DNA of 64,000 nucleotides, from assembly GCA_017936565.1 (NCBI GenBank), contig JAGBFG010000025.1:9347-73346 (forward strand). Reading direction: 5' to 3'. Shown piece after piece: positions 9,612 to 20,409 of the stretch. The notes beneath the pieces were generated by a model. That model had not been told where the DNA came from and did not search any database. It worked only from the letters and a program-made list of their open reading frames with translations. Made by a program: the position numbers and the translations under genes. The DNA comes from Clostridia bacterium. Its GTDB lineage: Bacteria > Bacillota > Clostridia > Oscillospirales > CAG-272. The number at the start of each line of letters is the position of its first letter. The stretch's first letter is position 1.

Positions 9612-9888
9612 AGAGGTAACTGTTCCCGAAAATTACGGTGGCAGTCAGTTCAGAACAGCCAAGCCGAAGGAAGAAGCCTTGGAAGAGGAGCTGCCACCCG
9701 TTTTGGAAGAGAAAACAGAGGACACCCCTTTTCCCCAAGCGGATATCGCAAGGAGCGAAGAGCCAAAATCCGAGGAAATCAAGGAATTTTTAACAGCGGA
9801 TAATCTTCTTGTTCTTTTAGCCTTTCTTTTATCGGAGAACAGTAGAGATGAATTAGAAACCTTTTTACTGTTTCTTCTTTTATTTTGA
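9583..9888 (+). CDS. Hypothetical acidic protein (101 aa) with a hydrophobic C-terminus
   Basis: RBS GGGGGAAGG; VPENYGG N-terminal motif; C-terminal DNLLVLLAFLL...LLFLLLF. Confidence 0.7.
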   Translation: MYTRRYTPNEEVTVPENYGGSQFRTAKPKEEALEEELPPVLEEKTEDTPFPQADIARSEEPKSEEIKEFLTADNLLVLLAFLLSENSRDELETFLLFLLLF

Positions 9889-9909
9889 GGCTTACGACAT
9901 ACTTTTTCA

Positions 9910-10083
9910 GGGGCTGAGTCATTGATTCAGCCCCACGGCAATTTGTGCCAACAAAGGCGCAAATTGCTGAATTTTTCTCAGAAAATTTGCAGGTTGTGTT
10001 ATAATTTCTGTGAAATTGTAACCAACAGGGCAGAAAAGCAACCGTTTTGTGTTGCTTTTCGGTGCTTCACGAACAGTGAAGCA
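9910..10083 (+). other. Array of six consecutive stem-loops between convergent genes
   Basis: Inverted repeats at 9910-9934, 9936-9969, 9970-9987, 9998-10022, 10033-10060 and 10063-10083. Confidence 0.6.
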
Positions 10084-10093
10084 GCCTTTTTGG

Positions 10094-13000
10094 TTAAAAA
10101 AGAGTAAACTGGTTGGTTTCGGAAAGCCCGTCAAGCGCGCCGCACCGACGAAGCAGGGCAATAACGGATTTACTCAACCCTGCCTTTTGCCGCAATTCTT
10201 CCACGGAGAAAATCTCCCCTTCCTCGCGGCATTGCACAATCCTTTCAGCGGCGCTGATGCCAAGCCCACCCAACGAGTTGAAGGGCATTCTGATTTGACC
10301 GTTTTCAGGCAAAAATGCCGTGGCATGAGAGTGCATCAGGCTCACGGGTAAAAACCTCACCCCGCGGCACAATGCCTCACGGACAAGCAAAAGCGTTGTG
10401 TGCTGCTCTTGCTCCTTTTGCGTTGCCTTGGTGCCTGTGTTTTCCAAAGCCTCCAAGGTTGCATTGATGGAAGAGAGCCCACCCATTACAATTTCGGCGT
10501 CAAATCCGCCCGGGGCAACGGTGAGGAAGGCGGCATAAAATTCCATAGGATAATAAATTTTATACCAACCAAGACGAATGGCGGACATAACGTAAGCCGC
10601 GGCGTGCGCCTTGGGGAACATATATTTGATTTTTTTACAGGAAGAAATGTACTATTCGGGAACCCCGTGAGCAAGCATAGCTTCCTCGTATTCGGGCTTC
10701 AAGCCTTTTCCCTTACGCACGTCTTCCATAATCTTGAACGCCATACCGTTATCCAGTTCGTGCCGAATTAAATACAGCATAATACCGTCACGCGTTCCCA
10801 CAACCTGCGAAATATCACAAATACCCTCTTTAATCAAATCCTGCGCGTTACCGAGCCACACGTTTGTGCCGTGCGTCAAGCCCGAAATCTGCATAAGGTC
10901 GGCAAAGTTCTTGGGCTTTGCGTCTACAAGCACCTGTTGGATGAAGGATGTTCCCATCTCGGGCAAGCCGTACGTTCCAAGAGGACAGCCGATTTGCTCA
11001 GGTGTCACACCCAAGGGAGCGGGACTTTTGAAGAGCTCGTAGATGGATTTGTCATTCATTTTGACGTCAAGGACGCTGGTGCCCGTATAGCGCTCCAGCA
11101 TTTTATACTTGGTTGGCATATCGTGCCCAAGCTCGTCCAACTTCAAAATGGTATCGTGCAAAAATTCAAAGGGAAAATGCGTGGTAATGATATCCGAGGA
11201 TGCGTCATCCGCCGGATGCTGTACGGGGGTAAAATCGTGAATATCGTATTCTGTCGGCACAACGATGATACCGCCCGGGTGCTGACCTGTTGTGCGCTTT
11301 ACACCGATACAGCGGCTGATAAGATGAGAAACCTCTGCCTTGGGCAATTCAATTTTGCGGTCCTCCAAATATTTGGCGACAAAGCCGAAGGCGGTTTTAG
11401 AGGCAAGCGTACCCAGCGTTCCCGCGCGGAACACGTGCCCCTTCCCGAAGAGCTCCTCGGTATACTTATGCACCAAGGGCTGCACGTCTCCCGAAAAATT
11501 CAAGTCGATATCGGGGGATTTATCCCCGTAGAAGCCCAAGAAGGTTTCAAAGGGAATGTCCTGCCCGTCCGAATACATAGGCGTTTGACAGTGCGGACAG
11601 ACCCTGTCGGGCATATCAAAGCCCGAGCCATACGTGCCGTCCGTCACAAATTCATTGTAGCGGCACTTGGGACAGCGCCAATGAGGCGGCAGGGGGTTTA
11701 CCTCAGAGATACCCGACATAATCGCCACGAAGGAAGAGCCAACAGAGCCGCGAGAGCCTACCAAATATCCTTGCTTTTCGCTATATGCCACTAATTTTTG
11801 CGCAATCATATACAAGACGGCGAAGCCGTGCTTGATAATAGAGTCAAGCTCCTTGTTCAAGCGGTCACTGACAAGAGGGGGGATTTTTCCCTCAAAGCCA
11901 TACCAATCCATCGCCCTTTCCCAGCAAAGCCTTTGTAATTCATCCTCAGAGCCTTCGATGCTGGGGGTATATGTACCCTTGGGAATGGGGCGCAGCTTCT
12001 CTATGGAGTCTGCTATTTTATTGGTGTTTTCCACGACCACCTCATAAGCCAGGTCCTCTCCAAGATAGGAAAACTCCTCCAACATCTCTTCGGTGGTACG
12101 CAGATAAATGCCTGTATCCTTATCGGCGTCCTTGAATTTCATTCCCGCAAGCAGAATTTTTCTGTAAATCTCATCCTCTTTTTCGGGGAAATGAGCGTCA
12201 CAGGTAGCAACGGTCATTTTGCCTAATTTTTTACCAAGAGCAATGATGCGCCGATTGATGCTTTTCAGCTCCTCTACGCTCGCAACGCCGCGCCCCTCTT
12301 CTTCCACTAAAAACATATTATTACAAAGGGGCTGAATTTCAAGATAATCGTAAAAGGACGCGATTTTTTCAATTTCGCTCTCCGAGCGGTTGTCTAATAT
12401 AGCGCTATACAGCTCTCCCGCTTCGCAGGCAGAGCCGATTAAGAGCCCTTCCCTGTGCTTTTCAATTTCCGAACGGGGAATGCGGGGCCTTTTGAAATAA
12501 TATTGCAAATAGCTGGAAGAGATTAGCTTATACAGGTTTTTGAGCCCCGTTTGGTTTTGCGCCAAAATAATCATATGATAAGGACGCAGCTTCAAGGGGT
12601 CGGAGTTTACGCTCATCGCCTCTGCAAGCGCGGTATAATCAAGGATACCTTCCTTTTTTAAGCGCGCGTGCATTTCCTTGAAAATCAAATACAGCATTTC
12701 TGCGTCGTCAACGGCTCTATGGTGGTTAAAATCTCCCAAGCCGTAGTGCGAAGCGATGTTATCCAGCGTATGCATTTTTAAGGTGGCGTTTACATATTGA
12801 GAAATGGCAACCGTATCAAGCGAAGGGTTGTTAAACGCAAGGTCGTTTTTCTCCGCCGCGGCGCGCACGAAGCCCATATCAAATTTGGCGTTATGCGCCA
12901 CCAAGAGCGCGTCACCGCAAAAGGCAAGGAAGTCCACAAGCACGTCCTTGACAGGCGGAGTATCCTTAACCATATCATCCGTTATAGAGGTCAGCTCCGT

Positions 13001-14491
13001 GATTTTAGCGGGGATAGGAACGCCCGGGTTGCAAAAGCTGCTGAAACGGTCAACGACCTCGCCACCCTGTATTTTCACCGCGCCGAACTCTATAATTTCA
13101 CAGGACGTTGCGGAAAGACCCGTGGTTTCCAAGTCAAAAACAACGGTTGTCTGGTCAAAGCTGCTGTCCGTTATACCCGAAAGAGCGGAAGCCTCGTCAT
13201 TGACGTAATACGCCTCTATTCCGTATAAAACCTTCAAATCAGGGTTTTTCTTTTCTGCCGCCAGCATCACCTCAGGAAAGGCTTGCACATTTCCGTGATC
13301 CGTCACGGCAATGGCGCTATGACCAAAGCGAGTGGCGATTTCAACCACCTCGGCGGGCTGAATAATAGCGTCCATAGCGGACATGACCGTATGCAGATGC
13401 AGCTCTACCCTCTTTTTTTCGGCATTGTCCTTTTTCTTTACACGCTTGATTTTCATTAAGGCGCGCAAGGAGAGGGTTGTTTGCCCGTCAAATTTGTCGG
13501 CATAAAGCGAGCCCTTGACGGCAATAGACACCCCTTGCTTCAAGACGTCCTTTAAGGAAGTAAAATCGTCCTTATCCATTTGCTTTTTCAGATAGATAGA
13601 GCCGCTTCCGTCATAGATACCGACGGTGATTTGCACCTTCGTTCCTTCACGGTTTTCCTTGGTTTCAACCTCAAAGATTTCACCAAGCAGGATAACCGTT
13701 CCTCTTGGCTCCTTGATATTGCTGATAGAGGACGCCTTATCCACGTCTATCTCATCACCGTAGACAACCTCTCCCTCTGCGGTATCAAAGGTCATACTAC
13801 CTATTTTGCAAAGCGCTTTATCTCTTTGGACAGCTTCGCTTTTGTTTGTAATGGTTCTTCTCTGCTCAAAGTCAGCGTGAGGATCCTCCTCTGCCGCTTC
13901 CGACTGTTGCAGCTGCTCGCGGAAGGACGCCAAGGCTTGCCTATCGTATTCTCGCAAAACTTCCTCTCTGCGTTTATCCCGCTCCTTCATTTTAAGGGTC
14001 GTTTCCTCATCCGAGCAAACAAATATTTCTCGGGAAATATTAAAGCGGCTCGCCAGAATGGAAGAAAGCATTTGGGACGTGCCCGACTCATTCATAAAAT
14101 CAATGGCATCCTGAGTAAAGGGAATGGTGATTTTAAGAACGGTGCCATCGTCAAAATAAGAGGCGTCCGAAAAGAAGCCCTTGGTGATAACGCCCACCTT
14201 GACCGCTTCTTCCAATACGTCCTCCATATAATCGGGCTTGAACAGAGCGGCTGGGAAATTCGGCAAAATGCGCGCAGAAACCAGCTCATAGGACGCGCAA
14301 ATATCGTCTTCTATTTCATACAATATAGCGGCGCGAACGATAACGGGAAAATGCGCGAGCACCTCAACTCTGTTCTGCTCCTTGGCAAACCGCACACGCA
14401 CGTCCTCAGCCAAGGCAAGAATTTCCCTTGCTTCTTCGCTTTTAGGCGTATATTTCGTAAAAAAATCAAAAAAGCCTTTTTTGTCTGCCAT
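10094..14491 (-). CDS. polC: DNA polymerase III PolC-type alpha subunit, interrupted by one in-frame TAG at 10652-10654
   Basis: OB domain, PHP (RVELHLHT, TDHG), exonuclease (VVFDLETTG, AHNAKFD, HHRAVDDA), GSRGSVGSS, PDIDLNFSG. The two listed ORFs are in the same frame, joined by [27 protein letters not shown]; total 1465 aa. Confidence 0.95.
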
Positions 14492-14556
14492 TGCCGTTTC
14501 CTTTCTCTGTCAAGCCATGCCGACTGTTATTTTTCCTTTGAAGTAACAGCCAGGAT

Positions 14557-15651
14557 TTACGCTTGACTGTCCCGTAAGGCAATAATTTCTCGTATTAAAG
14601 CGGGAATAATCTCTTCTGCCTTTACTTTTCCTATGGGCTTTCCGTAACGGAACAAAAGCCCCTCATTGATACCGCCCGCAACGCCGATATCCGCTTCTCT
14701 CGCTTCGCCCGGACCGTTGACCGCGCATCCCATAAACGCCACCTTGATGGGAAGAGAGCGCAAGAGGTGCTTGTCAACCTCTTCTTCAAAGGCAGCCAAA
14801 AGAGGAATCAAGTCAATTTGCGTTCTGCCGCAGGTAGGGCAAGAAACAATATCCATCTGCTTGTCCTTCAAAAGCCCTAAGGCAGACAAGATGGCACGCC
14901 CCTCTTTTACTTCAAGAACGGGATCTGCCGTTAAGGACACCCGCAGGGTATCCCCGATGCCCTCGGCGAGCAAGGCGCCTATGCCGACAGCACTCTTCAC
15001 GCTGCCGCTATCTGCACTTCCCGCCTCAGTGACACCTAAATGCAAGGGATAATCACACACCTCTGCCAACAGGCGATTTGCCTTTATCATATCCGTAACG
15101 GTTGAAGCCTTAACGGAAATGGCAATATCCCGAAAGCCGACCTCTTCAAGCAAAGAAGCGTGAAACATCGCACTTTCCGCCAAGGCGGCAGGCGTTGGCG
15201 CGCCGTATTTATCCAAAATACTCTTTTCCAAGGAACCGCTGTTAACGCCGATACGAATGGGAATTTTTTTGTCATAGCAAGCGGCGGCAACCTTTTCCAC
15301 GCGCTCCTTACTGCCGATATTGCCTGGGTTGATGCGAATTTTATCCACCCCCGCTTCTACAGCTGCCAGGGCGATACGGTAATCAAAATGAATGTCCGCC
15401 ACAAGAGGAACGTCTGCAACCGCCCTTTTGATATGTGCCAATGCCGAAGCGGCATCTAAATCGGGAACAGCCAGACGCACAATATCGCACCCCGCATCCC
15501 GCAGTGCAAGAATCTGAGCGCACGTTTTTTCAATATTATGGGTATCGGTGTTGGTCATTGACTGCACGGAAATGGGCGCTTCTGCCCCGATTGCCACGCC
15601 GCCAACCTGTATTTTTCTGCTTTTTCTTCGTACAAAGGGTGTGTCTGCCAT
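14557..15651 (-). CDS. ispG: HMBPP synthase IspG
   Basis: VQSMTNTDT, ADIHFDY, RINPGNIG, RIGVNSGSL, SCPTCGR, MGCAVNGPGEA. Confidence 0.97.
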   Translation of the reverse strand: MADTPFVRRKSRKIQVGGVAIGAEAPISVQSMTNTDTHNIEKTCAQILALRDAGCDIVRLAVPDLDAASALAHIKRAVADVPLVADIHFDYRIALAAVEAGVDKIRINPGNIGSKERVEKVAAACYDKKIPIRIGVNSGSLEKSILDKYGAPTPAALAESAMFHASLLEEVGFRDIAISVKASTVTDMIKANRLLAEVCDYPLHLGVTEAGSADSGSVKSAVGIGALLAEGIGDTLRVSLTADPVLEVKEGRAILSALGLLKDKQMDIVSCPTCGRTQIDLIPLLAAFEEEVDKHLLRSLPIKVAFMGCAVNGPGEAREADIGVAGGINEGLLFRYGKPIGKVKAEEIIPALIREIIALRDSQA

Positions 15652-15683
15652 AGCGTTTCCTTTCGCTTTATTCTACTGACTAC

Positions 15684-16736
15684 TCAAAAGAGCGCGCGAA
15701 TATCCTTGAACATAATGAAAACCGTGAGAAGCAAAAGCAGCAGCATTCCTATGCCGTGAATTTTGGCTTCCAATTCTCTGGATATGGGCTTGCGGCGTAT
15801 CATTTCGATAATAACAAACACAAGCCTTCCACCGTCAAGCGCGGGCAGAGGAAAGAGATTGACGATACCAAGGTTAATACTGATGATAGCGACCATATGC
15901 AGAAGAGGCACAAAGCCGTAGGAAGCCGCTTCTCCCATCGTCGTCGTAATACCGACAGGACCGCTGACCGCCTCAATACCAAATCTTCCAGTTATCAGAT
16001 CATAGAGAGATTCCCAAACCATTCTGACGGTGCAAATGCTGCGGTAAAAGGTATGCGACATCACGCTGCTGAAGGTTTTAGGCTCTTCGTAAAGGGAAAA
16101 ATCCCTCGTGCCTGTAATCTGCCCGCTTGTCGTTTCTGTGGGAAAGGTGATCTCTAAGGTCACATACTCGCCCCCACGCAAAACAACGACCTCTAAGGGA
16201 GTGATGCCGTTTCTTAAAATTTCGTAATCTAATTCCATAGAGGTATGCACCCTTTTACCGCCCACGGAAACGACCTTATCGCCGCTTTGCAAGCCGTAAT
16301 CCGCCGTGCATACTTCCTCGTGGCGAATTTCCTCGGGAAAGCCGGCAACGACTGTTGAGCCAAGCTGACTGGAAACAACCACGGCGAACATTAAAATGAA
16401 GCCTGCCAAAAGATTGACAACGCCCCCTGCCGCCATAATGATAAAGCGCTTATAGGGCTTTTGGTTACTTAATGCCTTGGGGTCCTCGGAAAAATCCGCA
16501 TCGTCCTTCCCTTCCTCACCGAAATTCACATATCCGCCAAAGGGAAACATACAAAGCTGATACCGAATACCGCTTTTTTTGGAGTCGAACCAAAGCAGCT
16601 TCGGTCCCATACCGATAGAAAACTCATACACTCTGACACCAAAGGCTCTTGCCGTTAAAAAATGCCCTAATTCGTGAATAAAAATCAAAAAGCCAAACAC
16701 AAGCACGGCAATCAAAACTGTGAGAACTGTATTCAT
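15684..16736 (-). CDS. rseP: RIP metalloprotease RseP (M50, PDZ)
   Basis: HELGH, FSIGMGP, NLFPLPALDGG; conserved position after dxr. Confidence 0.93.
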   Translation of the reverse strand: MNTVLTVLIAVLVFGFLIFIHELGHFLTARAFGVRVYEFSIGMGPKLLWFDSKKSGIRYQLCMFPFGGYVNFGEEGKDDADFSEDPKALSNQKPYKRFIIMAAGGVVNLLAGFILMFAVVVSSQLGSTVVAGFPEEIRHEEVCTADYGLQSGDKVVSVGGKRVHTSMELDYEILRNGITPLEVVVLRGGEYVTLEITFPTETTSGQITGTRDFSLYEEPKTFSSVMSHTFYRSICTVRMVWESLYDLITGRFGIEAVSGPVGITTTMGEAASYGFVPLLHMVAIISINLGIVNLFPLPALDGGRLVFVIIEMIRRKPISRELEAKIHGIGMLLLLLLTVFIMFKDIRALF

Positions 16737-16773
16737 AAATCCGTATCCTTTCCAATCGCCGCTTGCGTTACTG

Positions 16774-17949
16774 TTATTTTCTTATCCTCAAAAGATAATC
16801 TTTTGCTTTTTCGCGCGCTTCGTTTGCGGCATCCAAGCGCTCGGACAGGGTGGTCTTCTTCTTTTCGTTCTGCATTTCTTCCACCAGCGTCTGCACCGTT
16901 TCGGATATCTGGCAGAAGGATATTTTTTCTTCCAAGAAGGCAGAAACCGCCTCTTCGTTGACAGCGTTCAGAATAGCAGGAACGGCTCCCCCCCATTCAA
17001 TCGCGCGATAGGCTAACGGCAACAGCGGGAACGCCTCGCAGTCGGGCTCGGCAAACGTCATTTTCCCTATTTCCGTTAGGGAGAGGGGCTTGACGTCCCC
17101 CTCTACGCGATGCGGATAGGTCAGCGCGTACTGCACGCAAAGGCGCATATCCGGCACACCCATCTGGGCAATCACCGCAGAATCAATATATTCCACCGCG
17201 GAATGCAATATGCTTTCTCTGTGAATAACTACCTTGATTTGCTCGGGGGAAAGAGAAAACAAACGCACCGCTTCAATCACCTCAAAGCCCTTATTCATCA
17301 AGGTTGCCGAGTCTACCGTGATTTTTTCTCCCATTTTCCAAGTGGGATGCGCCAAGGTCTTCGCCTTGTCTACCGTTTTTAGCTTTTTCTTATCATAGCC
17401 GTAAAAGGGCCCGCCCGATGCCGTTAAAAATATAGAGCGCACTTCCTCGGGTCTGCCGCATTGCAGGCATTGGAAAATGGCGCTGTGCTCACTGTCAACA
17501 GGAATGATGACAGCCCCACTTTCCTTGCATTTTTCATTGACAAGGTCACCCGCAATTACCATGGTTTCCTTGTTGGCGAGACCTATTTGCTTTCCGCTTT
17601 CCACAGCGGCAATGGCGGGCAACAATCCCGCTTCTCCCAAAATGGAATGGATAACGACAGGGGCTTTTGTTTCCCTTATGGCGTCAAGCAAGGCTTCCTT
17701 GCCTGCAAGCACCCTTGTCTTTGTATCCTTCACGCGAGCCGCCAAGGAGCGTGCCGCCTCTTCTTCGGTCATAACGAAGACAGAGGGGGAAAAATGCCTG
17801 ATTAAATTTTCGGCAGAAGAAACATTTTTTCTGGCACTCATTAAGGCGACGGGAACACCCGCCCGCTCTGCAACGTCAAGCGCCTGTATACCGACAGAGC
17901 CTGTCGCGCCGAGTACCGCAATGGAAGAGGGGTATATATTCTTGTTCAT
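16774..17949 (-). CDS. dxr: 1-deoxy-D-xylulose-5-phosphate reductoisomerase
   Basis: LGATGSVG, LANKE, PVDSEHSAIFQ, LTASGGPF, HPTWKMGEKITVDSATLMNKG. Confidence 0.97.
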   Translation of the reverse strand: MNKNIYPSSIAVLGATGSVGIQALDVAERAGVPVALMSARKNVSSAENLIRHFSPSVFVMTEEEAARSLAARVKDTKTRVLAGKEALLDAIRETKAPVVIHSILGEAGLLPAIAAVESGKQIGLANKETMVIAGDLVNEKCKESGAVIIPVDSEHSAIFQCLQCGRPEEVRSIFLTASGGPFYGYDKKKLKTVDKAKTLAHPTWKMGEKITVDSATLMNKGFEVIEAVRLFSLSPEQIKVVIHRESILHSAVEYIDSAVIAQMGVPDMRLCVQYALTYPHRVEGDVKPLSLTEIGKMTFAEPDCEAFPLLPLAYRAIEWGGAVPAILNAVNEEAVSAFLEEKISFCQISETVQTLVEEMQNEKKKTTLSERLDAANEAREKAKDYLLRIRK

Positions 17950-18010
17950 AGGCTTCCTTTCTGCTACCGTTGAGGGACTGCTTTTACATTATCATTGATT
18001 TGAAGCTGAC

Positions 18011-18044
18011 AAAGAAAGGGTTGTCACGCTAAGGCAACAACCCC
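18011..18044 (-). terminator. Terminator-like hairpin between cdsA and dxr
   Basis: Minus strand GGGTTGT...ACAACCC followed by TTTCTTT. Confidence 0.45.
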
Positions 18045-18149
18045 AAACTGCTTTGCAATACTTTAATACATAAGCACGGGATAAAGCGCCCTTTGGTTAA
18101 AGAGGTGTATGTCTCTCTGCCAAGCCGTTTTGAAAGCTCCCGATAAAGA

Positions 18150-18977
18150 TTAGATAAGACGGTATAGTTCAAAAATAAACAGCAACAGAGGCGCTACGGG
18201 TAAAAGGGAGTCAAACCTGTCGATAATACCCCCGTGCCCCGGCAGAATATTGCCGAAATCCTTAATGTTATTTTCTCTCTTGATGATAGAGGCGGACAAA
18301 TCGCCGATTTGAGAAATAATAGAAATAATAAGTCCGCTGATGCCAAGTATCAGATAATTGGGAGAAAGAAAGAAATAACGCTGTAAAATAAAGCCGTATA
18401 GCAAAAATGCCAAAACGCAGAAAAGACTGCCGCCGATACTTCCCTCTATGGTCTTTTTAGGGCTGATTAACGGACACAGCTTGTGCTTGCCGAAGAAATA
18501 CCCTGTAAAATATGCCATAATATCCGTTATCCAGCCGCCAACAAAGACAAGCCAAAACAGATACGCGCCGTTTTCGCCACGCCGCACAAGCGCCAAGGAT
18601 GTAAAGCCGACCACCACGTATATCGTGCTGACTGCCACCTGCGACAAGACAGAAAAGCGGTTGTCTCCCCTTGAAAAGACGCAAGCAAGAATGTAATACA
18701 AAATCAACGCGAAGGACAAAGTGGAGAAAAACAAGAGATATGCCCTTGTGCTTTCTTGAAAGAGAAAGTGCGTAAGCAGCGGTGCTGCCGCGGCATACAA
18801 ATAGGTAGGCACCACCAGATGTAATTTTTTGTGAACGCCAAAGCAGGCGCAAAGCTCATATGCTCCCACTAAGCTGCAAGCGGCGCAGGCAATGGGAAAA
18901 ACAATGGTTCCCGAAAAATACAGAACGGGAAACAAAACCAAGCACCCTAAAAGCGCGGTAATAATGCGCTGTTTCAT
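18150..18977 (-). CDS. cdsA: Phosphatidate cytidylyltransferase
   Basis: DIMAYFTG, ISPKKTIEGSIGG, GDLSASIIKR..IKDFGNILPGHGGIIDRFDS. Confidence 0.95.
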   Translation of the reverse strand: MKQRIITALLGCLVLFPVLYFSGTIVFPIACAACSLVGAYELCACFGVHKKLHLVVPTYLYAAAAPLLTHFLFQESTRAYLLFFSTLSFALILYYILACVFSRGDNRFSVLSQVAVSTIYVVVGFTSLALVRRGENGAYLFWLVFVGGWITDIMAYFTGYFFGKHKLCPLISPKKTIEGSIGGSLFCVLAFLLYGFILQRYFFLSPNYLILGISGLIISIISQIGDLSASIIKRENNIKDFGNILPGHGGIIDRFDSLLPVAPLLLFIFELYRLI

Positions 18978-19109
18978 AAATTGACCATACCTTTCTTTTG
19001 GTATAAAGCGGCGTTTTGCTGTGGTTTGCCTATGGCAAATCTGCGCCATACCTTTTCATAAGGTCTAAAAGCTGTTTTTAGACTTTTTTTCTTGGAGTTA
19101 AGGCTTGTG

Positions 19110-19817
19110 TCAAACCTTGCCGAAGCGGCGTTCTCTCGCGCAAAAGTCGAGCAACGCCTTATCCAATTCCTCTTCGGAAAAATCGGGCCAAAGCGTGGGG
19201 GTAAAATAATATTCGGCATAGGCGGATTGCCAAATCAAAAAGTTGGAAATACGCAAATCTCCCCCTGTACGCACCACCAAGTCAAGCGCGGGAGATTCTG
19301 CTGTGTAAAGACGGGACGTAATATCGTCCTCCGTGATATCCGTTTTTCCTTCTTGGATTAAACGGCGAAACACGTGAACCAACTCATCACGCCCGCCATA
19401 GTTAAAGGCGATATTCAGAATATGGCCATTGTTCTTTGATTTTTCCTCCAAAGCCTCTGCTTTTTTGCGCAAGGCGGGAGAAAGCCTGCCTTTATCGCCC
19501 AAAAAAATAACGCGAATGTCATTTTCGTTTATTTTTTTTTCGGCATAGCTGATGTATTGGGACATCAGTTTAAGAATGGTTTTCACCTCGACCTCGGGGC
19601 GAGACCAATTTTCCGTGGAAAAGGCATACACGGTCACGGTATTGATTCCGCGCGCAAAGCAGGCGCGCATTATTTTGTCAAAGGTTTTAGCCCCTTCTGC
19701 GTGACCGCTGGTTCTGGGAAGTCCGCGAAGCTTAGCCCATCTGCCGTTACCGTCCATAATAAAGGCAATATGCCTGACTTGCGAGAAATCCTTTGATACA
19801 TCTTCCGTTTGCACCAA
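19110..19817 (-). CDS. uppS: Undecaprenyl diphosphate synthase
   Basis: HIAFIMDGNGRWA, YAFSTENWSRP, NYGGRDE, RTGGDLRISNFLIWQ, RERRFG. Confidence 0.96.
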   Translation of the reverse strand: MVQTEDVSKDFSQVRHIAFIMDGNGRWAKLRGLPRTSGHAEGAKTFDKIMRACFARGINTVTVYAFSTENWSRPEVEVKTILKLMSQYISYAEKKINENDIRVIFLGDKGRLSPALRKKAEALEEKSKNNGHILNIAFNYGGRDELVHVFRRLIQEGKTDITEDDITSRLYTAESPALDLVVRTGGDLRISNFLIWQSAYAEYYFTPTLWPDFSEEELDKALLDFCARERRFGKV

Positions 19818-20372
19818 TTAAATCTCCATAATTTCTTTGGTTTTTGCCGCGGTCATATTATCTATTTCCTTGATATAACGGTCTGTCAGGTCCTGCACTG
19901 CCTTGTCGCTTGCCTTGACCTCGTCCTCCGTCATTTCAGACCTTTTCTTCATTTCCTTCGTGGCGTCATTGGCGTCACGGCGCACGTTACGGATGGCAAC
20001 CTTTGCATCTTCCCCGTATTTGGAAATCTGCTTTGCCATTTCCTTACGGCGCTCCTCTGTCAGCTGCGGGAAAACAAGACGGATGATACGTCCGTCATTC
20101 ATAGGGGTAATACCCAAATCAGAAGCCAAAATAGCCTTCTCAATATCCTTTACCGTAGAAGCATCCCAAGGTTGAATAACCAAGGTTCTGGCATCCGAGG
20201 TTTTGATCTCTGCCATCTGAGAGATGGGAGTGGGCGCTCCGTAATATTCAAATTTAATAGGGGAAAGAACATCGGGGGTTGCGCGACCTGCACGCAGGGT
20301 CGAAAGTGTATAGGCGTAGCTATCCAACGTCTTTTTCATTTTTTCTTCAAAGGGTCTGCAATCAAGTTTCAT
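19818..20372 (-). CDS. frr: Ribosome recycling factor
   Basis: LRAGRATP, YYGAPTP, PQLTEERRK, KVAIRNVRRDAND, KEIMEI. Confidence 0.97.
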   Translation of the reverse strand: MKLDCRPFEEKMKKTLDSYAYTLSTLRAGRATPDVLSPIKFEYYGAPTPISQMAEIKTSDARTLVIQPWDASTVKDIEKAILASDLGITPMNDGRIIRLVFPQLTEERRKEMAKQISKYGEDAKVAIRNVRRDANDATKEMKKRSEMTEDEVKASDKAVQDLTDRYIKEIDNMTAAKTKEIMEI

Positions 20373-20409
20373 CTTTTTTCTCCTTTATGTTGATGTGTGT
20401 TTTATGTCG

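Noticed and set aside
10094-10621. C-terminal PolC piece as a separately translated subunit, or an intein/intron split
   Set aside because: No RBS precedes the internal ATG, there is no inserted sequence, and the 10 intervening codons encode the conserved motif in frame.
740-14566. Long antisense ORFs over the SBP gene and polC (e.g. 740-1462, 2342-3013, 10871-11794, 13580-14566)
   Set aside because: Typical shadow frames caused by codon bias of the real genes; no recognisable motifs.
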